This document shows, piece by piece, positions 55,201 through 64,000 of a stretch of 64,000 nt of DNA (within the stretch, counting starts at the first letter, position 1; each line of letters starts with the position of its first letter). The stretch is from Thalia democratica (Eukaryota). The notes under the pieces were generated by a model. The model was not told the DNA's origin, did not search any database, and was given only the letters and a program-made list of their open reading frames with translations. Position numbers and translations under genes: made by a program. Location: NCBI GenBank assembly GCA_965202585.1, contig OZ241827.1:90954001-91018000 (forward strand), given 5' to 3'.

Positions 55201-58200
55201 TGAAAAGCCAATTTTATAACTCAGCTTACACCCTAGTTAAGAAAATTTAATTTACTACTTTTTAAATGAGTGTTTGTGGGCATGTACATAGTAAACTGAT
55301 TAGATACTTGCTAGTTGAATGGTAATCAAAAGACATCCGTAAAAATGTTTATAAGCCTAACTTTCTTCTACTTTGCATCAGTCTTAATAAGTTTGCAAGT
55401 GTAAATAACTCCACAATTCTATTAGACATAAAATTCATACGAATAGTCTTACTTTTTTTTCAAAAATATAATTTTTTTAATGGAATAGGGTCGAGTAAAA
55501 TTCGTTTGTTCAAAATGAAATCGACGTAGAGACGGTCAAATTAATTTATAACTTGTTTTGCTGTACATAGACAGAAGAAAGACCTAAAAATTGCGTTACT
55601 TGCTAGACAGTGTACAGCCAATTTTGTAGACCGATATGAAAACTTGTATTTATAAAAAAAAAACAGATCAGTTTTAATATTTAACAAGAAGCGTACTTAG
55701 GGATTCAGCAAACTGCGTACATTTTAGCAAGAACGCTCTTCTAGAAAGTACGGCACGCGAGCAAATACTTAAAGAAAAACTTGCCAATGACTTATACCAA
55801 ACCAAGTTCTGAATTTTAGTAAAATGATGTTTACTTGATTTAATTCTACAAAACAACTAGGTATACCACCTTCTTCAGTGTAACAAGCCCGGACAACGAA
55901 ACAGTTTTTAAAATCAACTTCACTTATCAAAAAACATTTCAATTACACTTATATAAATAAGCTTTCACTTGCTGAAAATGTAGGTAGATAAGCATCTAAA
56001 TGTGAATTAAACAGAAAAAAAGCTCAAGTTAAACAGCCTTCTTTTTTGAGCTTTACATGAGAAACCTAACAAACTTATATAAGCCGAAGAAACATTTAAT
56101 TTTTTGTAAAAAACGAAGACCTTATTGTTAAAAAAATGTGAACAAACAAGGTAGACACTACTTATGACATAAGGAAACTTTCAACCTACTTTAAACTTCT
56201 TAATTTAATTAAATTACTTTTACATTACTTTTAGTAACTTTAGGTTTTTTTTATAAATAAACCTTCAAAACGAAGAATTAAACTTCATCATTTAAACAAA
56301 GAAATGTCTATTTGCAGTAAGATGTAATTTTATTCACAAAATCATTAAAATAAACAACAATAAAAATTGAAGAAGCATCCATCACCCTTCGTCTGCTGAA
56401 TTTCATTGTCATCAGTTCCTGTTTAATACGTTGGTTATAATACTTTTTATGTTATGAAATTTAAATAAGTATAAACAAATAAGTAATAAATACCTATATA
56501 TAACAAATAACTGTATTTTAGTTTAGAAAATATAATTAAAGTCTAATCTTAATTTTTTCAAATATATTTTTAAACTACAACTGGTCGAAGTTATAATAAA
56601 TACAAACAAAATTTGTCAAATAATGGGTTTTACTACAGAACAATTTTAAATACTACTTTTTGAAAAATTTAGAAAAATCATTGTAAAATAAAGTTTCATC
56701 AAATAAGACTATCAATTTCAAAACACTATTAAAAAATAAACATAGAATAATGGAAGATACTAGTGGTAATATTGAATTTAATTAAAAGCAACTAATTTTC
56801 TTAGAAAATAAATCAAGACCGAAAAGTGTCAACACTTACAATTAAACTATATTTCAACAAGCTTTAAACTATCTGAGTCTTTGGCTACTATAAAATGAAA
56901 AAGTTACTAAGCGATTTTATAACAAGTTATTTAACTTTACAAAATGTTTACATAAACTACAACAACGAGCAAAACGTTTCAACTTAAAATTAAGTTTTAT
57001 CTATACCAAAGTTTTAAGTTCAACCTTTTACCATTATAAAAGCTACAAAAATCTATAGTCATAAGCAAAATCATTTCAAAAGTAAAACTATTAAATTACT
57101 TAAAGTTCTTAAACTTTTTTTCTACAGGAAAAAAAACTATTACTCAGGGTTGATGAAAACAATGATGAAAAGCAAAATTATTTAAAAAGTAAAACTATTA
57201 AATTACTAAAGTTTCTTAAACTTTTTTTACAGGAAAAAATAAACTATTACTCAGGGTTGCCAATCGTTTATTGAAGAGTTTTACAAGTGTTTGAAAGTAC
57301 AAATTTTTGAGTCAACCTTTAGTATAAAATTAAATTTAAGCTCTTAAATGAAACAAAAGTATAAAAAGATACTATTGTGTGTGTTTTATACTTAAAAAAA
57401 TATCCAAAATAAGAAAAAGTATTTGTGTATGATAGATTTTTCGTATTTAGTCCAGATTTATTATTTTAAATGTAAACTTGTTTAAAGTTTTTCTAAAAAT
57501 TTCTCAAATTCCAGTTTTATATTTGCCTGAATAGTCAAATTCCAGGTTTTAAGAGTTTTTTTGGCAACGCTGATTAATGTCTTGGAAACTAATTCTAATA
57601 AAAACAAAATAAAAAACAAGATTAATTTAACTTGCAAGATAATACATTAACAATTTGTTGGTAAAAAAACTTTTAGGCCATATTAAAATTCTATTTTAAA
57701 CTCTTGGTTTTATTTTTTTTAATTATGATGTACCTATTACAAAATAAACTTTAATCTGTTAAATATAACTAATTTGCTGGGTGTTTATTAAAATACAGAA
57801 TTTGAAGAGATTTTACTGCAACAAAGTACTTTTATATATAAATACTCAATCAAAAAAAAAAATAAACAATAAACAATAAACCTTTTGCAAACAAATACTA
57901 AATCAAAATTAAATGATTGTTTTGATTAAAAATTACTTTTTATTCTTTTAAACTAACTTTGGTAGCCTTGGGGCACTTTGGACCTCACCTTTTCTATGGA
58001 AAGTTGCTAAAAGTTCCTGGTAACCGCAACCGGAAGTTTCTTATTCCAGGAGCTGGTTTCTTTCATCAATTGAGGACATCAGCTTCAGTGGTTGGGATTT
58101 CTCACCTATGATGTCATATTAAGTAATTTCATTTCCAACTATTTAGTAAAAAGTTTTTGTTTAATTTTTAAATAAAACCTTAGATTATTAATTAGCTATG

Positions 58201-60275
58201 CTACTAATTTTAGAAAACTATACAAAAAACCTTTTTTTTTCACTAATAACTAAAAATAAAATAGATCTATTTAGCACAGTAATTAAATACAGCTTTTTTT
58301 ATAATTAATCATCTGGCTGCAACAGTTTAGCTTTGGACTATGGAGCATACTATTATGTTATGTCCTTTTAAGAAAACCTAATCTATTTAAATAAGTAATT
58401 ATAGTCTGATAAAGTAGTACAGTATCACCATGTATCAACGATTATTAATATAGTTTAGCCTACCCACCATATCCAAATATATTATTTTTAAATATTAAGT
58501 GTTTTATCCAACTCAAAATATTTTATTGTAAAATCTTTCCTTGTAACTAACTAAAATAAATTAAAAAAATAAAATTGTGAACCATTTTAAAAAAATTAGA
58601 TCATAAATGCCCTTATGTATAAGTGTTTGTTTTTTTTATTTGATTATTGTTTTGTTAAAAAAACATACTGAACTTTGGAAACTTGTTTTCAAATTTTTTA
58701 CTGTTTTCAATCCTAATGTTCAGCATCAAGTTGTTTTTAGATGTAGAGAACTTTAATAATTGAACTAAAAAACCTTTAGTATCTTAAGTTATATATTTAC
58801 AAAAAAAAAAAAAAACTTTTCATTGTTAACCCTATTAATTCTTAATATATTTTTGATTGAATCTTTTATACATTGTTCAAGAAACATTTCTTGAATATCT
58901 AAGGTCTCTAGCACAGAGTTTTTAAAATAGAAGATAAATTGTTGGTGGGTTTTAAAGGGCATAGGGGGGTTAATCACTTTTTTGTTTAGTTACAATTTAT
59001 TTACAATTAGCTTTTTACAAATTTTAAAAATCAGGTCAAGTCCGAGACTACAATAGGTTCCTCGTGAAGGCAGGGTTGCCACTCTTTTTTTTTTCAATTT
59101 TCCAGGTTTTCCTAATTTCTTACAGGTTGTTAAAAGTACACATTTCTTAGTCTGTTTTTGGTTTTTAATTAAGCTTTAAGTGAGAAAACTGTGTTAAATA
59201 GTATAAAACCATAAGAAAGATACTGTAAACCTACTTAATATCTTTTTTTTCAGTAAAAATTTTCAGTGATTGCAAAAAATTTTTATCTATGTAATAAATT
59301 TTTGTATCAAATCGACATTTTACTACTGAACATGATAAAATTGTTAAAAATTACAGGTTTTTTTTATAATTTTTTCAAATTCCAGGTTATTCCAAAATTT
59401 GTTTTGCCTTAATTGTCTAACTCCTATTTTTTTCAGGTTTCCAGGTAATGTGCCAACCCTGTGAGAAGCGCAAACTAAAAAGGCAAAAAAAACCACTACC
59501 TCCTTAAATCTTCACTACAATTCACTTAAAATCTACCTCCTCTTAAGTTTTCTGAGGTAATTACCTTAAATTAAACTTTTAAGAAATGTTTCTTGCAAAA
59601 TTTAGAAAATTTTGTCGATCAAAATCTAAGAAAATAAAAAAAATATATCTGCCCTTTACAAACATTTGTCTGTCAAAAAACTTTCAGAAACAATTTTAGC
59701 TCACAAAATAGACTAGGCTTGTTTTAAATTACACAAAATGTATTGGGATTTAATTTAGCTTCGACCTAAGTAAAATTATTTCACTATTTAGTGTAAAAAT
59801 TATTTAAAACGATCAAATATAGTTTATCTCTTAATCACACAAACTATATAGCAAAATAAATAATAATAAGAAATCTTTAAAACACAATTTTTTTTTAATA
59901 ATCACTCACATTGTAAACTATTCAAATGCTTTAGAAAATAAACTGTTATTAAATTATAAAAAATAAAACTCTATCAAAAAAAGTGTTAAAACTATTTTAA
60001 ATTACCAATTACAGTTAAGATTAATTAAATTACAAATCATATAAAACAAAGTGAGAACTTATGGAATAACAAACCTTGAAACAAGTGGTGGAAATGAACT
60101 TTTCTACTGCAGCACTGGTGGGGGATGATCTGATGAAAGTTATAACATTATAAAACATGATCAAGATTATTTGTAAATAAAAAAAAATTTGTAGATTAGT
60201 TTGATGCATATCAAAAATTGTATCAAACAGGTTGCAATTAAGAAGTACTAATAAAACTAACCATTTCATGATGGA

Positions 60276-61755
60276 ACGGTGTTGTGACTTTAAATTGAGT
60301 GACCATCATGATTGTTGGTTCATGTGTTATTTAACTATGTACTGTACAATAATGTAAAAATTAAAATAAAAACTATATGTGATCATACTATTATATTTTA
60401 TTATTTTATGTTTGTCTTAAAGCTAAGATATAACTTTACACATTCTAAGCGTTCATAACAAAAATTTATTTTGGGTTAAATATTTATTATAAATTATAAT
60501 TAGTCCACTATAGTTGAACACTATTCTAGATTTTAGGGACAAGTTAATCCCAACAGGCTTTTTACAAATTTCATCAGAGTTTTATGATTTCTTCCAGTTT
60601 TATCAAATAGCAAACTTTCTTGTCTCATTTAACTTAAATAAAATTAATACTACTTTAAATATACTTGACAACAAATTAAATTATTTTGTATTAATATATT
60701 TATCAAATGTCACAACTATCTACAACCAAAACTTTATCTGAATTGACTAAGATTATATGTTGTTACTCAAATTTAAGGGTTAACTTTGGTTTTAATTCCC
60801 TAAATCAAGTTTAAAAAGTGGGTCATGAGCTGCAAAGAGGCCATGTGGTGGGAGGAGGCAATAAAGGGGTTCTTGGGCCATATATTGAAATTGGACATTT
60901 GTTCAAATTCAATGTTTTCCTGCATACAAGGTAATATATACATTACTAAGTTACTCAAAGTTAAATAGACAGGGTAACACATAAAAATGTAGTTGTAGAC
61001 ATAAATAACAGTGTGAGCTTTTGTTTTTGCTTTTCCAGAAGCATTAGTTCAGATTCAACATACACCATATTGTAGGTTACCATAAAAAAAAGTAATGTAC
61101 AGGACTATCTGATCAGGGCTTTAAGTTTTATTAGTAAAAGAATCTTACTTATGTAAGTATATAATATATATTTAATGTATTTATTGCATATAAAGAAAAT
61201 GTTTATTATTAAAAATAAAATTTAAAAAAACTTTTAATTATATTAGTATAAAAATGACTGAAAAAGTGCAGTTTAATTTCACAACAATTTTTATTAATTT
61301 TCGTTAATTTTTACAATTTTTATTAATTTTCGTTAATTTTTACTGTTATTTAATTAAATTCTTTTCATTATCTTAATTAAAACGTTCGTTTCTATTATTC
61401 CGTTCCAGTTATTATTACAAAAAAGAAATTATTGATTACTAAAATAAACTTGATGTTTTAACTCGAGGTTTAGATTTAATTTTTTTTTTGCTTTTTAAAT
61501 AGACAAAAATATATATTCTCACAACCAAGAGTATATCTAAACTAAACATTTACAGCTGCTAAATTTTATAATTGAAAATTCTTAAAGTATTTGAAGTTTT
61601 ATATTTGTTTAATAAACAAATAAATAATTTTTAATAGTTTTAAATAATAAAGTTTTAAATAATTTTAAAACACTATTTGTTTTATATTTTATAAAATTTA
61701 TATTATAATTTATATTAGGTAAAGAAAATCATTCTTAAACACAACATATCACTTG
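60276..61755. repeat. Partial, diverged fourth copy = right edge of the array
   Basis: Homologous to 1-~1380 with many more substitutions and indels. Homology fades at ~61605, resumes briefly at ~61713-61755, then the sequence is unique. Confidence 0.9.
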
Positions 61756-62366
61756 AAACCCTTGTAATTTATTTAAGATAAGTTTTTATAAACCTTCTTA
61801 AGAAATAAAAGTAATTAGTAGATTATTCTTAGTTTAAATACTAAGTTAAACAAAACTGTTTAAAAACTTACAAAAACAATTTATATTACGTTTATAACTT
61901 ATTTTAATATTATAAAGAAAAATAATACATTTTAATTATGTTAGGAGCTGTAAGGTCGCTCAAAAAACAAATAAAAATCATAAATTGATCAGACCTTTCA
62001 GCTATATTTTGCAACTAAATTTCAGTTAGTTTGCATTAAAGCTGCTCAGATACCTACTTAGAAATATACTACTTTACATAAAATTTATAACTAGTAAAAT
62101 TTAAAAATTTATTTACTTTATCTAATTTAAGACAGTCCATACAAGTCAGAAGAAATAAAATACAACACGCAATACTTAAATATAAAATTAAAAAAAAAAT
62201 TATATAGTTTAGTTTCAAATGTTTTTTCAGTAACTAGATGATAATTTACATTTACCTTTTAACATAGGCTTTAACGCTTTGTTTATCATTAAAAAAATTA
62301 ATATAACGCAGTTTACTTCTTGTTGTTTTATAAAAAAAATTTAATAAAAACACTTTAATACTAACA

Positions 62367-62529
62367 ATGAGTAGCAAAACAAGAAAAAACAATCCCAAAG
62401 CAATAATAAAAAATTGTGATGATTTCATAAGAAGCAAGGCTAATTTTTATCTAAAAATTTGCAAAGTCAACTCCACAAAATGCCTCAAAAAACAATTTAA
62501 GGAAAACACTAATGAACATACTGAAAACG
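62367..62529 (+). CDS. Exon 1 of BACK/kelch-repeat protein gene (MSSKTRKNNPKAIIKNCDDF...NEHTEN)
   Basis: ATG at 62367 with an in-frame TAA upstream at 62331. 163 nt open, ending at a phase-1 donor G|gtaact that matches the phase-1 acceptor at 62810 (G|AT = Asp). Confidence 0.7.
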
Positions 62530-62809
62530 GTAACTAATTTATATTATACATTTGTAGTTATTCATTTCGTTTACAAAGTGAGATACATATTATAAAAAGT
62601 AAAAAAAAAGTTTTGCTTGAAACCTTTACAAGCATGTTACCTTAGTTAAAATAGTAAAATTGTTTACATATGTATAAAGTAAAATTAAAGTTTAAACTAA
62701 AATAGATTCTTACTAGTAGTAGCTTAAGTTTATGAAAAAAAAAATATAGCTCTGGCCTTTAAAAATGTATTCTCGACTGGTTTGTAAAAATTATAATCTT
62801 TTTTTTCAG

Positions 62810-64000
62810 ATAAATTTACAAAGAAAGAACGTCATATCATTTCAAATCTCAAAATGAGCAATGTTCTTATAGAAGAAAGTTTGGACATTTCTTTTTGCGA
62901 ATACTTTGATAGAGAAAAAACTCTTAAAACTGTACCTTTATACCTTGAACTTGCACATTTGTTCAATTCAACTAACCTCGCCCGAGAAGCACTAAAAGTT
63001 GTTGAACGTTGTTATACGAGCGTGATAGAAACTAAAAACTTCTTTCACCTGAGCTGTGACGTCGTCAAAAAAGTTCTCTCTTCATCACAACTGCACATCA
63101 CTTCGGAACTTGAAGTTTTCAACGCGGCAGAACGTTGGATCGGATTCAACGCGGATGAAAGAACAAAATTTGCGAAAATCCTCCTTCAGACGGTGCGTCT
63201 ACCATTGCTGTCGGATGCAGCGCTGCAGCGTTTGTTGCTCGAAAACTCTCTGATTTGCAACAACTATGAGTGCAGATCGGCAGTTGAAAGCGTTTTGCTG
63301 CACCGAAAAAGCGTTTGCGACTACCGACACAGTCGTAATGTTGAACACAGGTATTGCAGCCAGAGCTCGTTTGATGTCTTCTTGTCGTCACGAAGAACAG
63401 AGTTAAAGAAAGTTGCTTGCGGAAACTTTCAGAACGTAAAAGTTGGCTATCCAGTAGCTGAAAATGAAAGATTTTATAGAGCAGTTGTGGTGGGCGGAAA
63501 TATCTACGCAATAGTTCGCAAGCAGATGACCAGTGAAAAGAAAGAACTCGAGATAAAACTGCACGTCGATGGCGCGTGGAAAACCGTGGCCACGACGAAG
63601 TACCGCAGCCGGTTTTGCGTTTGCAACTTCATGAAAAACATATTTATCATCGGCGGCAGATACAAACGTCGTCTCATGTGCCTCTCCGCGGTTCGCTACG
63701 ACGCGGAGTCGGGCAAAACGAGCTCGGTCGCTGGAACGGAGAGGTTCGATGCGGCGTGCGTCGCTTTCGACGGCCGAATTGTCGCTTGCGGAGGATTTGT
63801 TTGGCAAGAGGCTCAACGCGATGTTTTTCAACGGGAAAGTGTTTACACGGGTACCAGCAGCGCTGAAGCGTTCGACCACGCGGCCGGGACGTGGTCGCGA
63901 ATGCCCGACACGGTCAAATGTCACTATAATTTTTTCAGCATATACAAAATACTTAAACTTGTTAGTAAAGCTCAAAACCATGTCTTCAGCCAGTCCCCAA
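62810..64000 (+). CDS. Exon 2 of a kelch-like protein: BACK domain plus kelch repeats, no recognisable BTB domain; open to the window end
   Basis: Acceptor ttttttttcag at 62809; uninterrupted frame. BACK motifs: FFHLSCDVVKKVLSSSQLHITSELEVFNAAERWI and FAKILLQTVRLPLLS. Kelch motifs: FCVCNFMKNIFIIGGRY, AACVAFDGRIVACGGF, SAEAFDHAAGTWSRMPD. Confidence 0.9.

Larger units (their letters stand above)
40100..60275. repeat. 20-kb tandem unit, copy 3
   Basis: Colinear with copies 1 and 2; the last few hundred bp are more diverged. Confidence 0.98.

Noticed and set aside
6623-60741. Remaining 60-114 aa ORF-track entries
   Set aside because: K/F/I/L/N-rich compositional ORFs, often with TTG starts and frameshifted between units. 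Their recurrence reflects the repeat, not selection.
1-61755. Array as a Helitron or Polinton/Maverick giant transposon
   Set aside because: No Rep/helicase, polB or integrase ORF, no TC...hairpin-CTRR junction or long TIRs, and the edge decays gradually. A non-autonomous origin cannot be fully excluded.
62366-62428. Minus-strand signal-peptide-like exon MKSSQFFIIALGLFFLVLLLI|gttagt
   Set aside because: It is antisense to the A-rich kelch exon 1, whose donor phase matches exon 2. Most likely a shadow.
63056-63981. ORF-track entries of 65, 121, 192 and 96 aa
   Set aside because: Alternative-frame or antisense shadows of the GC-rich kelch CDS.

Overview
Very AT-rich (roughly one quarter GC, by eye) intron-containing eukaryotic DNA, probably from an invertebrate animal; the composition and the BACK-kelch gene are Hydra-like, but that is inference only. 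Bases 1 to about 61,750 are a head-to-tail array of about 20-kb units (anchor string at 1, 20077, 40100 and a diverged copy at 60276; periods 20076, 20023, 20176 bp). The units are patchily homogenised and have no long ORF. Each full unit carries, on the minus strand, one 89-nt exon with intact splice sites encoding a CDK9-like activation segment (…NRYPNNVVTLWYRAPQLLLG). The regulatory Thr is replaced by Pro and the APE Glu by Gln, and I found no other kinase-domain exon. Units also hold a GC/CpG island just upstream of that exon, candidate micro-exons on both strands, internal duplications and two small hAT-like MITEs. Units 2 and 3 carry an extra ~1.4-kb segment with a possible CDK9-type terminal exon. 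After the array edge a two-exon BACK+kelch gene starts at 62367 (+) and runs off the window; the ORF track missed it because it has no stop here. No rRNA, tRNA, CRISPR or prokaryotic features were seen. Most ORF-track entries are chance ORFs repeated by the array or antisense shadows.
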